Origin: an uncultured Acidobacteriota bacterium
Lineage (GTDB): Bacteria; Acidobacteriota; Polarisedimenticolia; Polarisedimenticolales; JAIQFR01
Assembly (NCBI GenBank): GCA_937864465.1
Contig: CALMJU010000044.1
Span: 935 to 64,934, forward strand
DNA length: 64,000 nucleotides
Reading direction: 5' to 3'
Shown here piece by piece: positions 44,264-55,300 of the stretch. The first letter of the stretch is position 1, and every line of letters starts with the position of its first letter. A model generated the notes under the pieces. It was not told the origin of the DNA. It did no database searches and saw nothing but the letters and a program-made list of their open reading frames with translations. Both the position numbers and the translations under genes were made by a program.

Positions 44264-45931
44264 ATGAGGGCTCGCGCGGCCGATCGAATCGATGGAACCC
44301 GCGGCTCCCTCCGGAAGGCCGCTGCCCTTCCTCGGCCTCGCCCCCGGGCGACGCTCGCGGCCGCCGCGGCGGCGCTCCTCGTCCTCGCCGTCGCGTGCGG
44401 CGAGACTGCGAGGCGCGACGAGGCGGTCCGGGACGACGTGCGCGCGGCCATGGCGGCCTTCCCCACGTCGCTGTCGCTGATCGGGAAGACCGATACGAAC
44501 TCCGAGATCATCGCGCGGCTGGTGACGGACAGCCTGGTCCAGTACGACGCGACGCTCGCGCCCAGGCCGCGCCTCGCGGAGTCCTGGGATCTCGCCGCGG
44601 ACGGGCGGGAAGTGACGTTCCATCTCCGGAAGGGGGTGCTCTGGCACGACGGGACCGAGGTGACGGCGAGCGACGTCGTCTTCACCGTCCGGAAGGTCCG
44701 CGAGCCCGCGACGGAGGCGCGCTCGGCGATCGGCCAGTTCGAGAGCGTGGAGTCGATCGAGGCCCCCGACCCGGCGACGGTCCGGGTCCGCTTCAAGGAG
44801 CCGTGCGCGGACCCTCTCGACCCCTTCACGCTTCCGATCGTGCCCGAGCACGTGGCGGGGAAGGACCCGGACATCCTGACCGGGAGGTTCGCCGAGCACC
44901 CGGTCGGGTGCGGCCCCTTTCGCTTCGTGAGGGCGGTCCCCGGGCGGGAGATCGTCCTCGAAGCGAACCCTGCCTACTGGGACGGCGCGCCCTCGCTGCG
45001 GCGCATCACGTTCACGGTCCTCCCGGACGAGCGGACCGCCTACGGGGCGCTGCTCCGCGGCGATCTCGACCTCCTCGGCGTCACGCCGGACGTCTTCCGC
45101 GACGCCGCGACGAACCCGCAGGCGGCGCGCCTGCGCCGATTCCATTACTTCATGATGTCCACGTGGTACGTCGGCTGGAACGGGGACGGGTCGAACCCGT
45201 TCTTCACCGATCCTTCGGTCCGGCGCGCGATCGTCCTCGCGCTCGACCGCCCGGCCTTCATCGGGGCCGTGCTGGGGGGCCTCGCGCGGCCGGCGGTCGG
45301 CACGTACCACCCCGATTCCGCGTGGGCGAACCGGTCCCTCGAGCCCTGGGCCTACGATCCGGCCGAGGCGGCGCGGCTCCTGGACGCCGCCGGGTGGAGG
45401 ATGCGTCCGGGCGGAACGAGGGCCCGGGACGGGGTCCCCTTCTCCTTCACGCTGACCGTTCCGGCCGGGAGCCAGGAGATCACCGACCGGATCGCCGCCT
45501 GGTTCCAGGAGTCCGTCCGGAAGATCGGGGTCGAGGTCTCGATCGAGAAGCTCGAGTGGCGCACGTTCCTCGATCGCCGCCGGGCCGGGAAGTTCGATGC
45601 GGTGATGGCCCGCCTCAACCTCTCGCCCTCGCCGGACCAGTTCGAGCTCTACCACTCCTCCTCCCGGGGCCGCGGCATGAACTTCATGGGATTGGCGGAC
45701 GCCGAGACCGACCGCCTGCTCGAGGAGGGCCGCCGCACCGTGGACCCCGCGGCGCGGAGGAAGATCTACGACCGCCTCCAGGTCCGCCTCCACGAGCTCG
45801 AGCCGCTCTCGTGCCTCTTCGGCTTCGCGGCTCCCGTGCTCGTCGACCGGCGGCTGGAAGGCGTGGAGCCGTCCCCGCTCGGCCTCTGGACGGTCCTGCC
45901 GGGGCCGCGCGCCTGGCGCTGGAGGCGCTGA
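44264..45931 (+). CDS. ABC transporter substrate-binding protein, family 5 (peptide/nickel type), lipoprotein
   Basis: Lipobox LAVAC. LVQYDATLAPRPRLAESWDLAADGREVTFHLRKGVLWHDGTEVTASDVVFT is a typical SBP_bac_5 pattern. GGGAGG RBS. Confidence 0.85.
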   Translation: MRARAADRIDGTRGSLRKAAALPRPRPRATLAAAAAALLVLAVACGETARRDEAVRDDVRAAMAAFPTSLSLIGKTDTNSEIIARLVTDSLVQYDATLAPRPRLAESWDLAADGREVTFHLRKGVLWHDGTEVTASDVVFTVRKVREPATEARSAIGQFESVESIEAPDPATVRVRFKEPCADPLDPFTLPIVPEHVAGKDPDILTGRFAEHPVGCGPFRFVRAVPGREIVLEANPAYWDGAPSLRRITFTVLPDERTAYGALLRGDLDLLGVTPDVFRDAATNPQAARLRRFHYFMMSTWYVGWNGDGSNPFFTDPSVRRAIVLALDRPAFIGAVLGGLARPAVGTYHPDSAWANRSLEPWAYDPAEAARLLDAAGWRMRPGGTRARDGVPFSFTLTVPAGSQEITDRIAAWFQESVRKIGVEVSIEKLEWRTFLDRRRAGKFDAVMARLNLSPSPDQFELYHSSSRGRGMNFMGLADAETDRLLEEGRRTVDPAARRKIYDRLQVRLHELEPLSCLFGFAAPVLVDRRLEGVEPSPLGLWTVLPGPRAWRWRR

Positions 45932-45934
45932 GCG

Positions 45935-46909
45935 TTGGTTCGCGCGATCGCCCGCCGCCTCGCCACGGGAGCGGTGACGCTCCTCCTGGTCACGGCGATC
46001 GTGTTCGCCCTCGCGGCGATGTCCACGGGGTCGTCGCTTCCGGGCGAGTCCGTCGAGGACACCTCCCCGCTCACCCCGGAGCAGCGCGCCGAGATCCGGG
46101 CCCTGTACCACTTCGACGAGCCGCTGCACGTCCGCTACGGGATGTGGCTGCAGGACCTGCTCCGCGGAGACCTCGGCCGATCCTTCCACGACCGGAGGCC
46201 GGTGGCGGCGAAGATCGCGGAGCGGCTCCCTGCGACGCTGGCGCTGAACGCCGCCGCGCTCCTCCTGATGATCCTGGTCTCCGTGCCCCTCGGCGCGCTG
46301 GCGGCCTCGAGTCCCGGGTCGCTCCTCGACCGGGCGGCGGGATCGGCGACCTACGCTCTCTACTCGATCCCGGTGTTCTGGGCGGCGCTCCTGCTCCAGC
46401 TGGCGTTTGCGATCCGGCTCGGCTGGCTCCCTCTCTACGGAACGCAGACGTCGGGAATGGAGGCGGCGCCGCTCGTCGCTCGGCTCCACGACCGGCTTGC
46501 GCACTTCGTGCTCCCGACCGTGTGCCTCGCCTATCCCGGCTTCGCCTATCTCTCGCGCTTCGTGCGCGGGATCCTCGTGGACAACGCGGCGGCCGAATCG
46601 GCGCGCGCCGCGCGGGCCCGCGGCCTCGCCCCGAGCGCCGTCGTGATCCGCCACGGCTTCCGCCAGGCCGCCGTCCCGCTTCTCACGCTCGCGGGCTTCC
46701 TCCTGCCGAGGCTCGTCGGCGGGTCGGTCATCGTGGAGACGATCTTCGCGATCCCCGGTCTCGGCCACCTCTTCGTCGGCGCGATGTTCCAGAGGGACAT
46801 CCCGGTCGTCATGGGGCTGACGCTCCTCTCCGGCGCGGCGACCCTCGGCGGCGTCGTGGCGGCGGACCTCCTGTATGCGGTCGCCGACCCCAGGGTGCGC
46901 CGTGCCTAG
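45935..46909 (+). CDS. ABC transporter permease (DppB/OppB-like)
   Basis: TTG start 3 nt after the SBP stop. Six TM helices and the EAA-type loop (...ARARGLAPSAVVIRHGFRQAAVPLLT...). Confidence 0.85.
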   Translation: MVRAIARRLATGAVTLLLVTAIVFALAAMSTGSSLPGESVEDTSPLTPEQRAEIRALYHFDEPLHVRYGMWLQDLLRGDLGRSFHDRRPVAAKIAERLPATLALNAAALLLMILVSVPLGALAASSPGSLLDRAAGSATYALYSIPVFWAALLLQLAFAIRLGWLPLYGTQTSGMEAAPLVARLHDRLAHFVLPTVCLAYPGFAYLSRFVRGILVDNAAAESARAARARGLAPSAVVIRHGFRQAAVPLLTLAGFLLPRLVGGSVIVETIFAIPGLGHLFVGAMFQRDIPVVMGLTLLSGAATLGGVVAADLLYAVADPRVRRA

Positions 46910-47864
46910 GCGGGGACACCTGCCGCGGGGACTGGTCGCCGGGGGCGCCCTGATCGGGATCCTCGCCTTCTTCGGGATCGCGGCCCCGTTCGTGGCCACC
47001 GATCGCCCGCTCCTCGCCCGCGGGCCGGACGGATGGTCCTCTCCCGCCGCCAGGTCCGCCTTCGGCCTCCCCGATGCGCCCGCGGGACGATCGGCGACGG
47101 CCGTGGTGATGGCGCCGATCCCGAGGGCCCCCGAGACGATCCAGCTCGACTCGGTGCTCGCCCCTCCCGGGCCCGGCCACTGGCTCGGAACGGACGGCCT
47201 CGGCCGGGACGTCGGCTCCAGGCTCGTCCACGGAGCGAGGGTGTCCCTGGCGGTGGGGTTCCTCTCGGCGGCCCTCGCCCTGCTCGTGGGGCTTCCCCTC
47301 GGGGCCCTCGCCGGGTGGAGCCGGGGGCCGATCGATGCGGCGGTGTCGAGGGGCGTCGAGGCGATGCTGTGCTTCCCGTCGCTCCTTCTGGCCCTCGCGC
47401 TCCTGGCCTCGTCCCCGCCGTGGCTCTCGGCCCTTCCGGACAGCGTCCGTCTCGCCCTCGTGCTCGGAATCACGGGGTGGACGCCCGCCGCCCGCTACGT
47501 CCGGGCGGAGTTCCTCAAGCTCGGCGGCTCCGCCCTCGTCGACTCGGCCCGCGCATCCGGCGCCGGGTCGCTCCGGATCGCCGTCCGGCACGTCCTCCCC
47601 CACGCGGCGGCGCCGGTCCTCGTGACCGCGTCGTTCTCGGTCGGGAGCGCGATCCTCCTCGAGGCCTCCCTGTCGTTCCTCGGACTCGGCGTCCGCCCGC
47701 CGACCCCCACGTGGGGGGGGCTCCTGACCGAGGCGGCGGCGCACCTCGAGCGAGGGTGGTGGCTCGCCCTCCTGCCGGGCGCGGCACTCTTCCTTTCCGT
47801 GCTCGGCTGCAACCTGGCCGGCGAAGGGCTCCGGGACCGGCTGGACCCGCGGTCGCGGCCGTGA
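46902..47864 (+). CDS. ABC transporter permease (DppC/OppC-like)
   Basis: HWLGTDGLGRDVGSRLVHGARVSL and SARASGAGSLRIAVRHVLPHAAAP motifs. Start is GTG 46902 (overlapping the upstream end) or ATG 46875. Confidence 0.8.
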   Translation: MPRRGHLPRGLVAGGALIGILAFFGIAAPFVATDRPLLARGPDGWSSPAARSAFGLPDAPAGRSATAVVMAPIPRAPETIQLDSVLAPPGPGHWLGTDGLGRDVGSRLVHGARVSLAVGFLSAALALLVGLPLGALAGWSRGPIDAAVSRGVEAMLCFPSLLLALALLASSPPWLSALPDSVRLALVLGITGWTPAARYVRAEFLKLGGSALVDSARASGAGSLRIAVRHVLPHAAAPVLVTASFSVGSAILLEASLSFLGLGVRPPTPTWGGLLTEAAAHLERGWWLALLPGAALFLSVLGCNLAGEGLRDRLDPRSRP

Positions 47865-48340
47865 GGACCGGCGGAGGGGCAGCCGCAGCCTCGCCTGCGC
47901 GCGCTTCCTGCTGGGCGTCTCCGGAGGCTCGGTTCGTCGCCGAGGCCTTCGCTGCACTTGCGCTCGCCCTGGTTGCAGTCTGGGGGGTCACGACGTGGGT
48001 CGCGATCCCCTGGTCGGTCGAGGGGGACTCCATGGCGCCCACGCTCGAGCCGGGTGACCGGGTTCTCGTCGATCTCGGGGCCTATCGGCGAAAGGATCCC
48101 GAGCGGGGCGACGTGGCGCTCGTCCTAGGTCCGGACGGCGTCCCGCTGGCCAAGAGGGTCGCCGAGCGCGCGACGGCGAAGCGGGCCCCCCAGGCCTCCG
48201 GCCCCCTCTTCCTCGTCCTGGGGGACAACCCGGCGAGAAGCATGGACAGCCGCACTTTTGGCCCGCTTTCGCGTGACCGGTTCCGGGGAAGAATCGTGTG
48301 GCGGTTCTGGCCGCCGTCGAGGATGGGCAGGGTCCGCTAG
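47861..48340 (+). CDS. lepB: signal peptidase I (S26, short form)
   Basis: Catalytic Ser box VEGDSMAPTLEPGDRVLV. Lys box region VALVLGPDGVPLAKRV. GDN box VLGDNPARSMDSRTFGP. GTGA overlap with the permease stop. Confidence 0.8.
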   Translation: MRTGGGAAAASPARASCWASPEARFVAEAFAALALALVAVWGVTTWVAIPWSVEGDSMAPTLEPGDRVLVDLGAYRRKDPERGDVALVLGPDGVPLAKRVAERATAKRAPQASGPLFLVLGDNPARSMDSRTFGPLSRDRFRGRIVWRFWPPSRMGRVR

Positions 48341-48353
48341 AACGGAACGGGGT

Positions 48354-49184
48354 TCAGGGCTTTCGGACGGCAGAGGGCGGGTTCAGGCTGCCGCGGCGAT
48401 ACCCCTCGAGGTCCAGCGCGACGAAGCGGAACCCGGCAGAGCGGGCGGCGGCGACCACCCTCGCCCGCACGCTCCGATCCAGGACCCGGTCCAAGCCGTC
48501 GTCGTCGAGCTCGACGCGCGCCACCTCTCCATGGTGGCGGACCCTCACGACGCCGAAGCCGAGGCGCGCCAGGGCCTCCTCGGCCGTTTCGACCTGCCGG
48601 AGCCGGTCCGCCGTGATCTCGGTTCCGAACGGGATGCGGGTCGAGAGGCAGCCCCCGGCCGGTTTGTCCCACCGATCCAGCCCACACTCCCGGGCCAGCG
48701 CCCGGACCTCCTCCTTCGTGATCCCCGCATCCGCCATCGGCGCCTCGACCCCCTCCTGGCGGGCGGCCTCCATCCCGGGCCGGAAATCGCCGACATCGTC
48801 GGCGATGGCGCCGTAGACCGTGTGCCCGAATCCCTGTTTCTCGGCTATCTCCTTCAGGGAGCGGAACATCGTCCTCCGGCAGTGGTAGCACCGATCCGGG
48901 TCGTTCCTCCGGTAGGCCGGGTCGTCGAGCTCCCCAGTCCGCAGCTCGAGGTGCCGGACGCCGAGGCCGCGAGCCAACTTTCGCGCGTCTTTTGCGTCAC
49001 GCTCGGAGAGCGACGCCGAAACCGCCGTGACCGCCAGCACCGGTTCCCTTCCGAGAGCCTCGACGGCGAGGGCGAGGAGCACGGCGCTGTCGACCCCGCC
49101 GGACACCGCGACGACGACGCGGCCCAGCTGCCGGAGCCTCCCGGAAACGTCTTCCCGCTTGCCCCGAAGGACCCCCTCGTCCAC
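48354..49184 (-). CDS. larE: LarE-family PP-loop ATP pyrophosphatase / sulfur transferase
   Basis: PP-loop VAVSGGVDSAVL. CYHCRR (CxxC) and GGCLSTRIP Cys motifs. C-terminal ...RVRHHGEVARVE... is typical of the LarE/TIGR00268 family. Confidence 0.85.
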   Translation of the reverse strand: MDEGVLRGKREDVSGRLRQLGRVVVAVSGGVDSAVLLALAVEALGREPVLAVTAVSASLSERDAKDARKLARGLGVRHLELRTGELDDPAYRRNDPDRCYHCRRTMFRSLKEIAEKQGFGHTVYGAIADDVGDFRPGMEAARQEGVEAPMADAGITKEEVRALARECGLDRWDKPAGGCLSTRIPFGTEITADRLRQVETAEEALARLGFGVVRVRHHGEVARVELDDDGLDRVLDRSVRARVVAAARSAGFRFVALDLEGYRRGSLNPPSAVRKP

Positions 49185-49278
49185 GCCGCGACCCTCCCCT
49201 TGGGCGACCCCATCGTAGCACCCGAAAAGGGCGGCCGCGGTGCGGTTTCCCGAACCGCAGAACGCGCGATTCCCAGCC

Positions 49279-49307
49279 TTGACAACACCCCCCGATCACC
49301 GTACATG
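49279..49307 (+). promoter_or_regulatory. candidate sigma-70 promoter of the giant protease gene (TTGACA-N17-TACATG)
   Basis: Perfect -35 hexamer TTGACA at 49279-49284, in a locally AT-richer intergenic stretch. The -10 is weak (3/6 match). Confidence 0.25.
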
Positions 49308-49391
49308 AACGGAGCCCCAAAAGGGGGAACCGTGTATCGGGTAAACTTTCTAACTCGTTACGTCCCAACCACCATCACTCAGGAGGAGGGT

Positions 49392-52300
49392 ATGCGCAGT
49401 CGTTTTGTCGCTGGCTGGAAGGGCCTCGTCCTGGCCGCAGCGATGGCGAGCTTGGCGTTGCTCCCGGTCGGCACTTTCGCCGCGTCGGGGCCCACGGCTG
49501 TCGTGGGCAGCGACTCGGGGTTCAGTGCCGCTCCCGCGGAGAATCAGCCGCTCAAGCAGCTCCCGCTGTACGCCAGGTCCAACTACACGTGGCCGTTCGC
49601 CGCCGGTCCGACGTACGGAACGGTGGACGAATCGCTGTGGAGTGCTAGGGGGGTGCTCCACTTCGCCGTCGGCTCGTTCGACACGAGCCGCGGGCTCCCC
49701 AACTTCCCGGCCGAGCTGCGGACGGGCGTGAAGCTCGACAAGCTTCCCGCGCAGTACTTCGTCCTCCAGCTCGATCCCCAAGCGCTCGCGGGCGGCTCGT
49801 ACGAAGCCCTCCGTGACGCCGTCGACTCGAACGGCGGCGCGATCGTCTCGAATCTCGCGGTGGTCGGCTTCATCGCCAGGTTGACCCCGGCCGCGTACGC
49901 CGCGGTCCAGGGGGTGCCCGGCCTCATCTTCGTCGAGCCGTATCACCCGGCGCTGAAGCTCTCCCCCACGATCGGACGAGCCCCGCTCACCGATCCCGTG
50001 AAGGCGCTGTCGAGCGTGTACTCGCTCGTCGTGAAGCCGTTCGCGGGCGAGGATCCCAACGCGGTGGCCCAGCAGATCGCGGCCATCGGCGGCACCGTCA
50101 CGGCCGTCTGGGCGGACGCGATCAAGGTCGACCTCGGCCGCGAGAAGCTCGCGCAGCTCGCCGCGATCGAGGCGGTCGAGATCGTGTTCGAGGACGTGCC
50201 CAACTATCCGCACGGCGAAGAGACCACGACGACCGTGCAGACCGGCCAGTGGAACGGCGGGGCGATCCCGTATCACGACGTCGGCATCACCGGCGGCGGC
50301 CTCGACGGCGCCTCCCCGCAGATGGTGATGGTGCTCGACTCGGGCATCCAGCTCGACGGCGGGGACCTGTCGAACACGAAGACGGACGCCGGCACGCCGG
50401 GCGCCCTCCACAGGAAGGTCCGCGACTACAAGACCACGACGGGCTTCGGCGGATCGGGCGACCTCTTCGGTTGCGACGCTCCGGTGGCGGGCGGGTTCAC
50501 GCACGGGCACGTGGTGTCCGGCACGGCGCTCGGCAACGCGACGGCGACGCCGACTTCGTACGGCGGCAGCTGGGTGGCCTACCTGCCGGTGTACAGCATG
50601 AGCAACTGGAAGCTGGACGGCGTGGCGCCGAGGGCCAAGCTCGTCGCCTACGACGCCAACATCACGTCGACGACGACTTCCTGCGAGGATCCCGCGGTGA
50701 GCGGGATCTACCCCGGCAACCTCTACACGGCCGGCTCCCTCTGCGGCGCCCCGACGTCGGGCTCGCTGTCGGATGCGTACTGCTCCTATGCGGCCCGGCT
50801 CTTCAACTTCTCGTGGGGCCAGCTGACCGCCGGCGTGTACTCCGCAGACTCCTCGGACGTCGACGAGTTCATGGCTGCGGCCGGAGACGCGGTGGTGTTC
50901 ATCTCCGCGGGCAACAGCGCGCAGGACCTGAACGGCGACGGACGGCCGGACCCGGGATCGATCGGGTCTCCGGCGACGGCGAAGAACGGCGTCGTGGTCG
51001 GCGCCAGCGGCAACGCGAACGACGGCGGCGCGCCGTACCAGACCCTCCGCGCGTACTTCTCGAGCGTGGGGCCGGCGACGACGACCTCGAACCGCGTGGC
51101 GCCGCTCCTGATGGCGCCCGGCTACGATCCCGGCGCCCTCGGGCTCCCCTCGGAGTTCGTCTGCCGCACGAGCGACAACGACCAGTCGAACCCGGTCGAG
51201 TGCGACATCTCGATCGGCAGCGCCGGGACGAGCTTCGCGGCCCCGGCGGCCGCCGGCGCGGGCGCCCTGATTCGCGACTACTTCGCGCAGGGCTTCTACC
51301 CCGACGGCACGGCGTCGAACCCCTCGAACAGCCTCGACCAGGTTCCGAACCTCTCGGCCGCCCTCGTGAAGGCGATCCTGATCGACTCGGCCGAGTTCCT
51401 GGATTACCCCGGTCCCGGCCTGATTCCCAGCTCTCGGAACCCGACCCAGTACCGCTTCAACAATGAGCAGGGGTACGGGCGCATCCAACTCAACAAGGCC
51501 CTTCCGCTCCAGACGTACGCGAGCCCCGTCGGCCTGATCGTGGCGGACGGCGGCATCGTCGGGGGCAAGAACAACACGTCGCTCTCGGGAGCGGCGATAG
51601 CCGGGGCGGACGAGACCTACGCGTTCACGATCTCCGACACGACGCAGGAGCTGCGCGTGGCGCTGGCGTGGATGGACCCGGTCGGCGATACGCTCGTCAA
51701 CAACCTGGACCTCGAGCTGGTCTCGCCGACGGGCAAGGTCTACTACGGCAACTACTTCACGGACGACAACGACCGAGACCGGCAGTGCGACGTCGCGGAG
51801 GATTGCGGCGACGGGATCTGGACGCTCGCGGGCTACACCGACAACTCGCGCTGGAGCCTTCCGACCTGCGCGGGCTCGGTGCGCGACACCCAGAACCCGA
51901 CGGAAGCGATCTTCCTGTCGCCCGATCCGATGTTCAACGGGGATCCGGCGAAGAACCAGATCGAGGCCGGGACCTGGACGCTGCACGTCAAGGGCACGAC
52001 CGTCACCGGGACCCAGCCGTACGCGGTGGCGATCGCCGGCCCGGTCCAGCTGGGCTCTTCGGCACAGCTGGAGGTCTTCCGGGGCGGGGAGCAGGTCGTC
52101 GACATCCCCTCCTGCAACGACACGGTTCGCGCGGTCGTCGACGAGCTCAACGAGGCGACCGACCCGACGCCGAGCGCGGCGGAGGTTTCCTCCCGCGCGA
52201 CGATCGAGGTCTACGACGCGACGAACGCCCTGGTGGACTGGGAGAGCGGTCTCTCGTTCACGCAGGTCGGGACCTCGCTCCGCTTCGAGACTTCCCTCCT

Positions 52301-55300
52301 CATCCTCACCGACGGGACCGCGCGCGATCCCGGGAACCGGGCGCTCGACATCCGGCACGGCGACACCATCAAGGTCGTCTACCGCGACGAGACGAGCGGA
52401 GTGGCCGATCCCAACAAGGTGCGGACGAACCAGAAGAAGGTCGACTGCCAGGCGTCCATCGCGTTCGGCGGCACGAAGTTCTGGATGTTCGGCAAGGACG
52501 CCGCGGTGTACGTCAGCGGCGGCTGCGAGAGGGACGCGCGCAACCAGTTCTACTGGGACGCTCCCGATCAGTATATGGACGAGGCGGAGCTCATCGACTT
52601 CCGGATGGCGATCAGCACGAGCGACACCCTGGACCTCGAGGACGCGGAGGCGACGCTCACCGCCGTGTACCCGGACGACGACAGCCCGGTGACCTGCCTG
52701 CCGAACTCGACCTCCTGTGCGGATCCCAACCGTGAGAACAACGCGCCGATTCCGGAGTCCATCCTGACGGTTCTCGACTCGCCGAAGACGATCGGTTTCA
52801 TCCCGTCCTCGGTGAAGTCGCTCCCGAACTCGGCAGCCGTCGCGCCCGCACTGACCGTGAACTTCACGATCCAGATGGGCGCCGACATCACGGGCATCAT
52901 CCCCGCGGAGATGATCCTGGGGATCTCCGCCCGCAAGTCCGGCAGGCCGGTCGCAGGCCTGGCCGTCTACCGCACGTCCCTCAACGCCGACGAGTCCGCG
53001 ATCAACTTCTCGACGGACTTCCCGACGGGCGGAACGCAGCTGTACGACTGGAACAACAACGAGAGCATCGAGAACCCGACGCGGTTCCTCGGCGACGTCA
53101 ACTTCCAGTACGACTACCGGTTCGAGACCGTCACGTGGGGCGACCTGACCGCGGGCGGAACTCGCAACACGTCGATTTCCGCGCCGTGGAACTTCGACTC
53201 GAACAACGGCGGCTTCCGGAGCGGCATCGTCGGAAAGACCAACGCCAACATCGCGACCGCGATCGCGCTCTGGGGCGAGGACAAGAACTTCAACAACCTC
53301 CTCGACTCCGGTGAGGATCGCGACCCCTCGAACGGCGTGCTCGACCAGAACTGGGGCCTCCTCGGAGGCTGCGGCTGGCAGACGAAGGGCACGAACCCGA
53401 CCTACGGCGGCGTCTGGCACACGGGCCGGATCTCCGCCACGACCAACGCCCAGTGCCTCGTGACCGGATCGACGACGGGACAATGCCAGGCGACCGAGAC
53501 CTATCCCGGCACCACGGGTCAGAGCTACTGGTGGGAGGTCCTCGAGACGCCCAAGGTCAAGAAGGTTCGGGTCTGCACGACCGGGACCGAGGCCGGCTGC
53601 GACGGGCGCATCGACGTCGAGAGCGATCCGGTCTACAAGGTCCAGTTCACGAACTGGGCCTGGAACATGCTGATCGACATGCCGGACACTTACATGGCGA
53701 TCACTTGGGAGCTCGACACCGACGCGGACAAGCTGGCCCCCGTCTCGCTGGAGACCGATGAATCGATCTTCAACATCCTGACCGGAAACTACGGCGCCGT
53801 GTCCGCGGGCAACGACCCGCTGACCAACGGCTTCCCCGTGTTCGCCGACTTCGCGGGCACCGGAGCCGCAGCGTCCAAGAACGGCACGATCGGCGGGAAC
53901 CGCGAAGGCGACAACGGCTGCTTCTTCGAGTCGTCCAAGGACCGCACGCCGAATTACGGCTTCGCGCTCCCGAAGGATGACGACCTGCGAAACGGCTGGT
54001 GCTACAAGGTGGGCGACCCGACCGACAAGCAGAACCCCTGCACCATCGCGACGGCGGCGACGGACTGCCCGACGCCGGAATTCAACGGCACGTGCGTCCT
54101 CGACCCGGCGGCGTCGACCGACCTGTACGTCTACAAGAACGGGCCTCTGCGCAACATGAACCTCGAGCACGTCAACGGCTGGATCGACGGCCGCTTCTAC
54201 ACGCTCGAGGACATCTACGGCGACTCCGGGAGCACTTTCCAGGGCGCGGTCGGCCTGATCGCGTACGAAGGAACCACCACGGCGCCGGCCTCCGGGTTCG
54301 GCGTGTCCATCGACGACATGGTGCTCGAGTGGAAGGAATCCACCGTCATCGCGGATCCGGGCGCCTGCGCGGCCGTGCCCGGGAACTGCGCCACGATCGC
54401 GACGGAGGCGGGGAGCTTCTTCTCCGGCCTCGCGGTCCTGACGATCACCGTGACCGACTCCTCGACCGCCACCACCGCCAACGACTGCGATCACGACGGG
54501 CTCTACACCGGGCTGGAGGACGACTGGGACTGCAACGACAACGGGATCAACGACGTCGTCGTGTGGGCCTTCAACGAGAACGAGCCCACGGGCGAGTACG
54601 TCGTGCTCGACGAGACGACCCAAGCGGGCGTGTTCCAGGGAACGCTCCCGGTTTCGCTCGCGTACAACTCCCCCGGGACGCTGTTCATCCAGAAGTCCGG
54701 GACCCAGGACCCCTACGTCAACGTCCAGTACATGGACCTCGACGACGGGACCGGCACGATCTGCAAGAACAACCCGGACCCGACGAAGTGGGGGTACATC
54801 ACCACGTACGCCGACTTCCCGCTGCAGAGCGGCTCGGTGATCATCACGGCATCCCGGATCGCGAACGTCTACGGCGACGGTGACGGATTCGCCGACACCA
54901 ACGAGACCGTGGACATGTACATCACCGTCTCGAACAAGACGGGCGCCGACATCACGAACGTCGTCGCTCGCATGGCTGCGAACGATCCGAAGATCGACTG
55001 CATCATCCAGCCGATCGTCATCGTCGGCACGGTGCCGAAGGGGTCGAGCGTCGAGTCCGCCACGGCGTTCCGGTTCAAGGTCGCAGGCGACGCGAACCGG
55101 ACGGCGATCAGCGACGACTACTACGCGGAGCTCGCGATCACGATCTCGGCCGATCAGTTCGACGCGACGGTCCAGCCTCAGACGGTCATCCAGGACCTCG
55201 ACCTCAACTTCAGCGGCGGCGGCACCGCCCAGACGTTCACCGAGAGCTTCGAGTCCGGGACCTCGTTCGGGTCGTTCACGACGATGTCCCTCGACTTGAA

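Noticed and set aside
48258-49391. N-terminal 378-codon extension of the giant protease ORF (the ORF track starts it at 48258).
   Set aside because: This stretch is antisense to the well-supported larE gene and has an R/P/G-rich composition. A strong RBS plus a signal peptide start at 49392.
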